The notes beneath the pieces are model-generated. The model ran no database searches. It was given only the letters and a program-made list of their open reading frames with translations, and was not told the origin of the DNA. The translations under genes were made by a program, and so were the position numbers. From positions 124,001 through 188,000 of IMG/VR virus record IMGVR_UViG_3300032562_000003: a DNA stretch of 64,000 bases. One strand, given 5' to 3'. Within the stretch, counting starts at the first letter, position 1, and each line of letters starts with the position of its first letter. Shown here one piece after another: positions 1-7,550 of this stretch.

Positions 1-135
1 ATCATAGTTTGGAACAGTGTTTTGTTTTTCAAGAAGTTCTTCGATTACTGCATTTGCCTGCTGATCGCATACTGCTAAATCAAAGTAGTATACCGTACCA
101 TCATCTAGAATTTCAATCACTTCATTGTCTTTCAT
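1..135 (-). CDS. hypothetical protein, 5' part (runs off the window start)
   Basis: Hand translation from ATG at 135: MKDNEVIEILDDGTVYYFDLAVCDQQANAVIEELLEKQNTVPNYD..., open to position 1. It follows the 158..736 gene in the same orientation. Confidence 0.6.
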   Translation of the reverse strand, partial: MKDNEVIEILDDGTVYYFDLAVCDQQANAVIEELLEKQNTVPNYD

Positions 136-157
136 TTTAATGCTTTCTTAGCTAAAA

Positions 158-736
158 TTACCTAGTGCGCTCATAACCAGTCACTGGATCAGTTATAACA
201 ATAGTTTTCCCACGCATCATGATATTACCTAAATGCATATCCATATTTACCTTAGGTAACGTAGCGATAAGATCACACGCTTCAGTTATACCAGGCTGCG
301 TCTGTTCTAAGACATACATAGCTTGAATATCACGCTCCAGATTGGCCGGCCAGCTTAGCAGCTTAGCACTATGCCATATATAACTCTCTAGCACACTCAC
401 CATATCGTACATGTCTCTAGTTCTAACTACAGGACTGAGCTTTTCCATTCGAATTGCGTTATAGTTATCATTGACTCTCATGAATGACCCACGAAACTTC
501 GGAAAATGCGGATTAGGATTGGACATGCACATTCTAACATATCTCGCATACGCTCTATCATCTGAGCTAACCAACTTTAATACGTAGGATTTGTCTTTTC
601 TCCACCAAACGTTAGCATACAACCCATGACCTAATTTTTGATATCCTGCTTTTTCTAGAATATCCTCAGCCGTCCGCTGATCGGGACGTGTTACTTCTGT
701 TAACTCTGATTCATTTAGGAGTTCTTGAATCTTCAT
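158..736 (-). CDS. protein kinase-like, resembling the T7 gp0.7 catalytic domain
   Basis: Gly-rich loop KLGHGLYANVW, beta3 Lys in YVLK, catalytic loop DMHLGNIM and ITDPV. These match motifs recalled for the T7 0.7 kinase (DMHSGNIM...ITDPV). Confidence 0.75.
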   Translation of the reverse strand: MKIQELLNESELTEVTRPDQRTAEDILEKAGYQKLGHGLYANVWWRKDKSYVLKLVSSDDRAYARYVRMCMSNPNPHFPKFRGSFMRVNDNYNAIRMEKLSPVVRTRDMYDMVSVLESYIWHSAKLLSWPANLERDIQAMYVLEQTQPGITEACDLIATLPKVNMDMHLGNIMMRGKTIVITDPVTGYERTR

Positions 737-738
737 GA

Positions 739-1320
739 CTATAACTTCTTGATCAGAACGCCGGCCGGTCCCAGCTTAAACGGAGAAACCTCAAATTTAT
801 CACCCAACACAGATTCTACATACTGCTGTAGTTCTTTTGTAGTAAATCCTTTTTGGTAAGTGCCGGTACTTGTAACAATGCTCATTGGCTCAGGACCCGG
901 TTTACCTTTAGCGTCAAGAACATCTCTTCCGCGCGTTGTAATCAGAGCTATGCCACCAGACTTCAACACTCTACCAATATGTTTTACGATTTCTTTTCTG
1001 GTCTTAGGTGGAACCACATTCAGTACATTGAAGTTCGTTACCTTTTCATAGCTGTCATTAGGAATGTCTGCTGCATGATCATACGTAGGCGTGAACTTAC
1101 CTTTAGGAAATGGTTCGTAAGTATCTGCACCAAGAATGTGACTACCGTGTCCTAACCCTGCACCGAAATCCAAAACTTTACCATGCGCAGAGTGAGTATC
1201 TAAATGTGCCTTAGCTTTTGTATAGGTAGGAGCGGTTCCACTAATCTGAGTTTTTTGTGATTTCTCAGGATCTGGAAATTCAAAATCTTCTACCGATTCA
1301 AATAGTTCTTGGATTTTCAT
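739..1320 (-). CDS. class I SAM-dependent methyltransferase
   Basis: Motif I VLDFGAGLG; downstream NVLNVV and LKSGGIALIT. Confidence 0.8.
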   Translation of the reverse strand: MKIQELFESVEDFEFPDPEKSQKTQISGTAPTYTKAKAHLDTHSAHGKVLDFGAGLGHGSHILGADTYEPFPKGKFTPTYDHAADIPNDSYEKVTNFNVLNVVPPKTRKEIVKHIGRVLKSGGIALITTRGRDVLDAKGKPGPEPMSIVTSTGTYQKGFTTKELQQYVESVLGDKFEVSPFKLGPAGVLIKKL

Positions 1321-1335
1321 GTATAACCGTTTACA

Positions 1336-1848
1336 TCATAACCCTGTGATTCTAGGATCACGGGCGGCGCCATATATCGGTTTATTGTTTCGAGACGGAC
1401 TTTTTATATTTGATTTCTTTGATATTCGGTACCTAATTTTTCTCAATGCTCTATCCAGTCGTTGGCGTATTCCTTCGCGGTTTATACCAAGCTTTTCTCC
1501 TATCTGCTCTAGAGACATTTCAGGGACTCCGATACCAAAAGCCATTCTAGCTAGGCGTTCTTCCAATGGATCTAGATCAAGCAAAATAGAATTGACTATT
1601 TTACGAACATCAGCAGCTTGGATGGCTGCGTTAGGATCTTCTTCAGAATCTGGAGTATTATAAGCTTTGTGTATTAGCGTAGTAATCTCTTGTGGATCGT
1701 CTACTATTTCCATTGGTTCTGGTAGTTGCGGTCCCTTACCAGAGAAAAAAGACCGTTGAAAGTTTGTGGGACCAAGCTTGCTGTCATCGTCAGGATTGTT
1801 GTTCTCATTGATTATGTCAATGTATGTTCTGAAAAGGTCTGCGCTCAT
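1336..1848 (-). CDS. stand-alone sigma70 region-4-like HTH protein
   Basis: LDPLEERLARMAFGIGVPEMSLEQIGEKLGINREGIRQRLDRALRKIR matches the RpoD region 4 pattern. No region 2 is present. Confidence 0.75.
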   Translation of the reverse strand: MSADLFRTYIDIINENNNPDDDSKLGPTNFQRSFFSGKGPQLPEPMEIVDDPQEITTLIHKAYNTPDSEEDPNAAIQAADVRKIVNSILLDLDPLEERLARMAFGIGVPEMSLEQIGEKLGINREGIRQRLDRALRKIRYRISKKSNIKSPSRNNKPIYGAARDPRITGL

Positions 1849-1866
1849 GAATAACCCCGTTTTAGT

Positions 1867-1874
1867 TATTTATC
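1867..1874 (-). promoter_or_regulatory. late promoter GATAAATA
   Basis: Variant of the T4 late promoter TATAAATA, 18 nt upstream of the 1848 start. The same octamer recurs before many late genes in the window. Confidence 0.7.
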
Positions 1875-1899
1875 GGTGTTTGCAGTTATCACCGTACAA

Positions 1900-2457
1900 T
1901 TAATCAACATACGGTAAATATGATTCCATCACAAAACCATTTCCACTAAACATTGGCCAAGCTGAGAAGTCTCCGGTATTCTCTAGTATGAGGCGCCAAT
2001 CTGTTGGATTAAAATAACTATAATAATCATCTAATGTATCTAACGAGAACGGTTCTTTCTTATTAGTTTTGACATTATACCAATACTTGTCAAATCTACT
2101 CAATCCTTTAACTACTTCCTGCATCATTTTAGAATGTACTTGCCCTATCATTAACGGTGAACGGTTCAGCCTAGTTTTAAAAAACCATAACATCATGGAT
2201 AAAAGTTTATTACCCCTGTGTTCAGGACTGACATAAACATCATCGATGATGTTATCATTATCAGATAGTGAGCAACAAGCAATTAGGGTTGTATCATTCC
2301 ACATAGAATAATAAATTCCGTCTTGTAAAACCTTATAGTTTTCTATGTCGGCTATATGCTTTCCGTGTTTATACCAATGATCTTTGTTCTTGTTTGCAAA
2401 TTGTTCTGCTTGTAGCGAAAGATCCGGACCTTTCATGGTCATTTCAGAAATTTTCAT
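1900..2457 (-). CDS. GNAT-family acetyltransferase-like protein
   Basis: Motif-A-like DDVYVSPEHRGNKL. Start moved from track position 2562 to ATG 2457 (MKISEM...), which removes the overlap with the HNH gene and matches the neighbouring MKIxE starts. Confidence 0.55.
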   Translation of the reverse strand: MKISEMTMKGPDLSLQAEQFANKNKDHWYKHGKHIADIENYKVLQDGIYYSMWNDTTLIACCSLSDNDNIIDDVYVSPEHRGNKLLSMMLWFFKTRLNRSPLMIGQVHSKMMQEVVKGLSRFDKYWYNVKTNKKEPFSLDTLDDYYSYFNPTDWRLILENTGDFSAWPMFSGNGFVMESYLPYVD

Positions 2458-2503
2458 TAGAGGTTTCCAGTATTCGGTTATTGGTTCTTCTTCGTTATTC
2501 AGT

Positions 2504-3283
2504 TTACACGTCTTTCTGTTTACAGTTATCACCGTGCCAACGAGAATAGTTACTGGGACCAAAAGTTTTATGACAATGTGGGCAAATTTTCTTTAAGTCT
2601 TCTCTGTTATTAGGATTATTTTTTGAGAACTCTTCTTTCATCCTAACAGCAACTTTATCACCGAATCCTTCTGGTTTAGATACACCTTTTTGCTTTATTG
2701 AACGTTTTATCTTTTGTTCTTCGCTCATTGGTCCCTTAGGTTTTCCCTTGAGTGCTAAACTTTGTTTCAATTTGGTTTCTTCAGAGCGTTTTTGTCCAGT
2801 TACTTTAGCGATTCTTTTTAACTGTCCTTCAGCCTGTTTAACAGGATCTATCTTTCTGTTGCGTGTTCTTTCTCTATGTTTTTCTAACTCTTCACCTTCA
2901 AGTTTTTGACCTTTGTTCCAAGCTGGTTTACCTTTCATTCTTTCTGAATGAGTTTTTGCGTGTGCTATCCGATGTTTTTCATATGCTCTAGTTATGATAC
3001 GTGAGTGGTATCTTTGCTGAAACTCATTTTCAGCGTTCATCCCATTAAACGCATATGACATCTTGACGCGGTCTTCTCCTTCAGTCATCTTTAACAATGC
3101 CCAATGACAAAGTGCGTGTTCTCTTCCTGTTAGCCACACCTTATTATCTTTATCATCATTGCCTCCCATTGAACTAGGAATAATATGATGTCGTTCTTTG
3201 TATTGCCCTTTTGGCAATGTACGATTTTTTGCTTTCTCAATAAGGAGCATGTAGTGTTTAGTATATTTATTTTCTTTGAACAT
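2504..3283 (-). mobile_element. free-standing HNH homing endonuclease with NUMOD3-like repeats
   Basis: HHIIPSSMGGNDDKDNKVWLTGREHALCH HNH core; Lys-rich GKPAWNKG, KRSEETK and PMSEEQK segments; C-terminal CPHC...WHGDNC. Confidence 0.85.
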
Positions 3284-3312
3284 AATATCACCTTTCAGTA
3301 ATATTATTTATC
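3284..3312 (-). promoter_or_regulatory. late promoter overlapping an RBS-sequestering hairpin
   Basis: Minus strand reads GATAAAT-AATATTACT-GAAA-GGTGATATT-ATG: a 9-bp stem (2 G-U pairs) with a GAAA tetraloop that buries the SD AAGGTG. Confidence 0.7.
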
Positions 3313-3333
3313 ATAACGGAATAAAAAGCAATA

Positions 3334-3361
3334 GAAAAGGGGACATTTCTGTCCCCTTTTC
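3334..3361 (-). terminator. Rho-independent terminator after the major capsid gene
   Basis: Perfect inverted repeat gaaaaggggaca-tttc-tgtccccttttc, with a GAAA loop and U-tract on the minus strand. Confidence 0.85.
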
Positions 3362-3402
3362 CACCTTGTATAACTTTCTAACAGTTATCACTGTAACGTG
3401 AT

Positions 3403-4599
3403 CTATTGGAATGTTAAATTTTGGACCGCAATTTCGCCAACGTAGTCAGCCGCATTACCAAACGAACTCGCGGTATTCGTCAATTCGATGTAGCCATATC
3501 TGGTCATGAATGAAACGACTGGCTCGAAAGTAGTCGGATCAAGAACGACGCCAGATGACATCAACGGAATGTATGGGCAGTAGAATGCTGCTGCGTCAGT
3601 TTCCGAAGAACCCTTGTAGCCTACGAGTACTGGCTGAGTGTCTGGAGCATAGCTGTTAACGAAAACGCGCATTGCACCGTTCAAAGTACCAACGAACTTA
3701 GTGTTAGTTGGGGCTTCGAAAGTACCTTCAGTAGTACGTGCGAAAGCTGAAGTAGTTGCTGACTGAAGAACAGTCAAGGAAGCTGGAGATACAACAGCCC
3801 AGTTACCTGCACCACGACGAGTGCGTTGTGCGATCAAGTTAGCAACACGGTTGATGAGTACTGCAAGAGCAGCGTGTTCGTCACCAACGTAAGTAGCTGT
3901 ACCTGATACAGTTGCTTGGTTGTAAGTATATTCAGTTGACGCAAGAGTTGCGAGTGAGAGCAAGATTTCTTGGTCGATTTCAGCAGTGATTTCTTGTGCA
4001 AGTGCTGCCATGATTTCTGCTTCAACGTCAATCCCGTGTTGTGATTGTGCGTCTTGTGCAGCTTCGAAAGTCCAGCGAGCTTGTAGCTTACGTGACTTTG
4101 CTTCAACAGCTTGTCTCAAGATTTGTACTGAGATTTGCTTTCCGCCATTACCTTCTAGAGAAGCAGTGTCGGCACCAGTGTAGTAGCTAGTGGAGGTTGC
4201 ATCATTAGGAACGCGAGAATAGGCTTGCGCGATCTTGAATGGTGAAAGTGCTTCTTCACCAGCAGTTACAGAAGTTGCTGCTGCTGAGTTGTCAGTCAAG
4301 CTATTTGCATAGCGAACACGAAGGGTGTGAATCTGACCGACTGGGCCGGTCATTGGTTGCACGCCAACAAGTTCGTTAGCAATAACAGTAGGCATAACAC
4401 GTCGAATTACTGGAAGAATAACGCGATTTAGAGTTGCGATATTACCAGCAGTTGTAGTGCCAGCTGAAGATTCAGCAAGAAGCTGCTTCTTCGTATTTTC
4501 AAACAATACGTTCATAGTTGAACGACGATTGCCTTTTAAGCCTTCAAGCAGGGCGCTTTTAGTTTCGTCCCAACGGCTTTCTAAGAGTACTTTTGACAT
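3403..4599 (-). CDS. gp23: major capsid protein (T4 gp23-like)
   Basis: LPVIRRVMPTVIANELVGVQPMTGPVGQIHTLR, AKSRKLQARWTFEAAQD, EITAEIDQEI, FYCPYIPL, TRYG; strong SD aggag. Confidence 0.97.
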   Translation of the reverse strand: MSKVLLESRWDETKSALLEGLKGNRRSTMNVLFENTKKQLLAESSAGTTTAGNIATLNRVILPVIRRVMPTVIANELVGVQPMTGPVGQIHTLRVRYANSLTDNSAAATSVTAGEEALSPFKIAQAYSRVPNDATSTSYYTGADTASLEGNGGKQISVQILRQAVEAKSRKLQARWTFEAAQDAQSQHGIDVEAEIMAALAQEITAEIDQEILLSLATLASTEYTYNQATVSGTATYVGDEHAALAVLINRVANLIAQRTRRGAGNWAVVSPASLTVLQSATTSAFARTTEGTFEAPTNTKFVGTLNGAMRVFVNSYAPDTQPVLVGYKGSSETDAAAFYCPYIPLMSSGVVLDPTTFEPVVSFMTRYGYIELTNTASSFGNAADYVGEIAVQNLTFQ

Positions 4600-4627
4600 T
4601 ATGTATATTCTCCTAAACTATGTCTAA

Positions 4628-5719
4628 TTAAAGCCCTGCCAGACGCTTGATGTCGATTACATTGTCTGTTTCAGACATATCGACTTCTTGTACTGTATTG
4701 GCAGTTTTATTACCAGTTGCTTCTACAATAACAGACTTAGAAGGCTTAGCTTCTGAACCTGTATTAAGAACGGCTGGCAAATACTTATCGAATGCGTTCT
4801 GTAGCTTTGCTGTTTGAACGCTTTCTAGTAAAGTCTTCATCACTTGAGCCTTTTCAGCGTTGAGACTTGACAATAGATTACCCATTACCTTCTCACGTTG
4901 ATTTGATTCTTTAATGATACGGACTTCACGATCCTTTGATTCTACTAACTTAGTTGCTTGTGCAAGCTTAGCTGTAGCTTCTGAGAGTTGACGGTCTTTG
5001 GCTGCAAGTGCCTTCATTACTTTACGATTTTCAGCCTTATCATTGAGATAAGTTACTGAGAATTCGCTAGCGAATGATTCGAAAATCTTGCGGCCGAAGC
5101 TGTTTTCTCTAGCAGATTTGATGTCTTCTTTAAGTTGTGATAGTTCACCCTTAAGTTGATTTCCAACAAGACCGCTAACCTTCTTAGCGCTTTCGGCAAT
5201 AAACTTTGCCTTGAGTGCTTCAAGTTGCTTGCGACCTTCTGCAACGAGCTTGACCTTAGCTTCTACTACTGCTTGTCTATCAACAGCGAATTCTTTGATT
5301 TCTCTTGATAGGGCGTGAACAATGAATTGTTCTAGCTTCTTTTGGTTTTCCATTTGAACCTTGCGATCAGCACGTAGTTCGCGGATTTCTTCGGCTAGCT
5401 TAGTAACCATGAAATCGTTGAACTTGGTTGCGTTTTCACGTAGTTTCAATTGAGACTTTACGCGGTCTTCGTTCATTGCTTGTCTTTCAGCGTTAAATTC
5501 TGCAATTTCTTCTGAAAGATTTTCTGTCATCATCTTATCTAGGGCTTCTACCATGACGTTACGATCATGCTCGTAACGTTGTGCAAATTCTTCATGAAGT
5601 TCTGCACGAACCTGAGCGCGAGCCTCAGTTAACTTAGATTCCCAGGCTTCGTTAAGTTCTCTGCCTACGTCTTCGTTAATGAGTCCACTTTCAAGTAATG
5701 GTTTGATAGCATCTAGCAT
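4628..5719 (-). CDS. gp22: prohead scaffold protein (gp22-like)
   Basis: Acidic coiled-coil protein between the protease and the capsid gene, with many L/I-x-E sites. Confidence 0.85.
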   Translation of the reverse strand: MLDAIKPLLESGLINEDVGRELNEAWESKLTEARAQVRAELHEEFAQRYEHDRNVMVEALDKMMTENLSEEIAEFNAERQAMNEDRVKSQLKLRENATKFNDFMVTKLAEEIRELRADRKVQMENQKKLEQFIVHALSREIKEFAVDRQAVVEAKVKLVAEGRKQLEALKAKFIAESAKKVSGLVGNQLKGELSQLKEDIKSARENSFGRKIFESFASEFSVTYLNDKAENRKVMKALAAKDRQLSEATAKLAQATKLVESKDREVRIIKESNQREKVMGNLLSSLNAEKAQVMKTLLESVQTAKLQNAFDKYLPAVLNTGSEAKPSKSVIVEATGNKTANTVQEVDMSETDNVIDIKRLAGL

Positions 5720-5735
5720 ATCTGTGATCCCTTTA

Positions 5736-6374
5736 TTATAACTTTAGATCATTGATGAGGCGTTTTACTTCCTCAGCCAAGTATCTTTGGACTTGTTTGT
5801 TGCCTTGAGCGTCTTTAGCAATCTCTAATACTTTATGTCCGTACTTCATGTTCTGAAGACCTTCATAAATTGCCTTAGGATATGCATTCGGAGCACTCGG
5901 TTGAGCAACGATATCTACAGTGATTATTTCAAAGTCACTGACTCGACCATCCATATCGTTAACGTTGCCGCTACCTCTACTGGACACACCGAGCTTCACT
6001 CCTGATTCCAACATTGTTCTTACGAGTTGACCCATTGGAGTAGGAAGAATCTTTAGTTTACCATAACCGTTTGGTCCGTCCATATACATATGAGTGATCA
6101 TATGAGAGACACGGTCTAGGTTTATTTTTAGATCGTCTGGGTGATCGACTTCACCAAGCACCGAGTAACCCTCGTGTATTTGCTTGTTGAGAGTATCTAC
6201 CGCAGTTTCAATTTCGTTGACGGGGTAAATACGCTCATTTGCGTTCTTAATTCCGCCCATGATGAAAATACCTTTCATGTAGAGCGTCTTAAGATCGGTG
6301 CCCTCATCCTTGACTGATTCGACCACCATACTAGCGCGATCAAAGGTCAAATTTTCTCTTAAATATAGAGCCAT
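5736..6374 (-). CDS. gp21: prohead protease (gp21-like)
   Basis: GIKNANERIY, LGEVDHP, LDRVSH, GVSSRGSG, DIVAQPSAPNAY. Start set at ATG 6374 (MALYLRE) behind the SD aagaggtg. Confidence 0.95.
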   Translation of the reverse strand: MALYLRENLTFDRASMVVESVKDEGTDLKTLYMKGIFIMGGIKNANERIYPVNEIETAVDTLNKQIHEGYSVLGEVDHPDDLKINLDRVSHMITHMYMDGPNGYGKLKILPTPMGQLVRTMLESGVKLGVSSRGSGNVNDMDGRVSDFEIITVDIVAQPSAPNAYPKAIYEGLQNMKYGHKVLEIAKDAQGNKQVQRYLAEEVKRLINDLKL

Positions 6375-6514
6375 TATAACACCTCTTTTGGTTTGCATTC
6401 AGAAGCGGGTTGTGGACTCACATACCTACCGTAAAGTGGCACGTGAGTCCAACCATAGAGATTCGGGACTGATTTTACGTTTGCCCGATTCTCACTTCTG
6501 ATGTACAAAGCCAT
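6374..6514 (-). other. 46-codon uORF inside a structured leader of gp21, with a duplicated gp21 start
   Basis: ATG 6514 gives MALYIRSEN...PKEVL, and its stop overlaps the gp21 start as TAATG. The region pairs into a three-way junction (see findings). Confidence 0.55.
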
Positions 6515-6529
6515 TTGCTCTCAGATTCC

Positions 6530-7360
6530 TTATCGTGTTGGTCTACGAGCAGGAGCACGCTTGCGTGATTCTGCTACTGGGCTCTTGGTGTTTTGACCGT
6601 CATCACCGTGCTTTGGCTTAGGTGCTGCGCTCAAATCTTGTGACTTCTTTCCTGGTACGTTCTTGAACTGTCCTGCGCCCTTAAGATCCTTAGTAGGAGG
6701 AGCAGTACGACCCTTTTCATTACCGTCAGCAAACTTTACTGGCTTGCTGTCCATTCCAGCTTGTCCTGAATTGAAAGTAGTTGGGCTCTTAGTGTTCTGA
6801 CCATTGTCACCGTGAGTTACAGAAACCTTCTGAAGCTGAACTGCTTCCATCATGTCTTCTGCATCTTCTTCGTCTTCGTCGCCGAAATCTTCTTCGTCGC
6901 CGAAATCTTCTTCGTCTTCGTCGCCGAAATCTTCTTCGTCGCCGAAGTCTTCTTCTTCGCCTGAACCCATGATTTCTTCAAACTCTGCCATCAATTGGTC
7001 GAGCTTGTCTTCGATGCGAATTACTGCATCTTCAATTTCTTCGTGTTCTTCGCTTTCGTCGTGTTCTGCTTCTAGGTCGTGAGTGAAGTCTTCACCGTCT
7101 TCTTCAGCTTCATCATCAAATTCGATGTCGCTTTCGTCTTCTTCGGTAACACCTTCTTCTTCGGCGTTGATTTCGTCAAGTAGATCACCTACTTGTCCGC
7201 CCATACCTTCGTCCATATCATCGTCATCTTCTTCGGCCATAATTGACTCAAAGATTTCGCGTGACTTTTCTACTACGATTTCGTGAAAGAGTTCTGATGC
7301 TTGCTCGTGATCTTCATTGATTACGAGGTTGATCATTTGTTCGTATTTTCTGATATCCAT
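6530..7360 (-). CDS. acidic prohead core protein (gp67-like position)
   Basis: Very Asp/Glu-rich and located between portal and protease. Start moved to ATG 7360 (MDIRKYEQ) behind aggagac. Confidence 0.7.
   Translation of the reverse strand: MDIRKYEQMINLVINEDHEQASELFHEIVVEKSREIFESIMAEEDDDDMDEGMGGQVGDLLDEINAEEEGVTEEDESDIEFDDEAEEDGEDFTHDLEAEHDESEEHEEIEDAVIRIEDKLDQLMAEFEEIMGSGEEEDFGDEEDFGDEDEEDFGDEEDFGDEDEEDAEDMMEAVQLQKVSVTHGDNGQNTKSPTTFNSGQAGMDSKPVKFADGNEKGRTAPPTKDLKGAGQFKNVPGKKSQDLSAAPKPKHGDDGQNTKSPVAESRKRAPARRPTR
6864..6947. repeat. 42-bp tandem duplication encoding FGDEEDFGDEDEED
   Basis: Two 42-nt units (6864-6905, 6906-6947) differing at one base, each built from 18-nt sub-repeats. Confidence 0.85.
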
Positions 7361-7482
7361 TAAATTGTCTCCTGAATAGAAATGGCTTTGTATATTATAC
7401 TTATGCAGTGAGACAAAAAACACCGTATTAAGTAGTCTTTTTTGCGTTTTTGGCGGTGCTATACAAAATAAATATGGAGAAA

Positions 7483-7550
7483 GATAAATAAAGATGTAGT
7501 TCACGGTGCGCTAACACCCAACTACTCTAATGCTATAAGGAGCAATCAGC
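7483..7550 (+). promoter_or_regulatory. late promoter plus conserved two-hairpin leader, copy 1
   Basis: GATAAATA aagat GTAGTT cac GGTG cgctaa CACC c AACTAC tcta ATGCT ataaggagcaatc AGC-ATG. Confidence 0.85.

Noticed and set aside
6400-6510. Three-way junction as a hammerhead ribozyme (CTGATG present)
   Set aside because: The core reads CTGATGT, not CTGATGA, and there is no correctly placed GAAA on either strand.
6864-6955. Short tandem repeats as a possible CRISPR array (also 13303-13431)
   Set aside because: There are no unique spacers; the units are codon multiples inside coding sequence. No cas genes are present in the window.
6530-7504. ORF-track starts at 7504, 6398, 2562 and 22893
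   Set aside because: Downstream ATGs (7360, 6374, 2457, 22923) fit SD position, promoter position or overlap constraints better.
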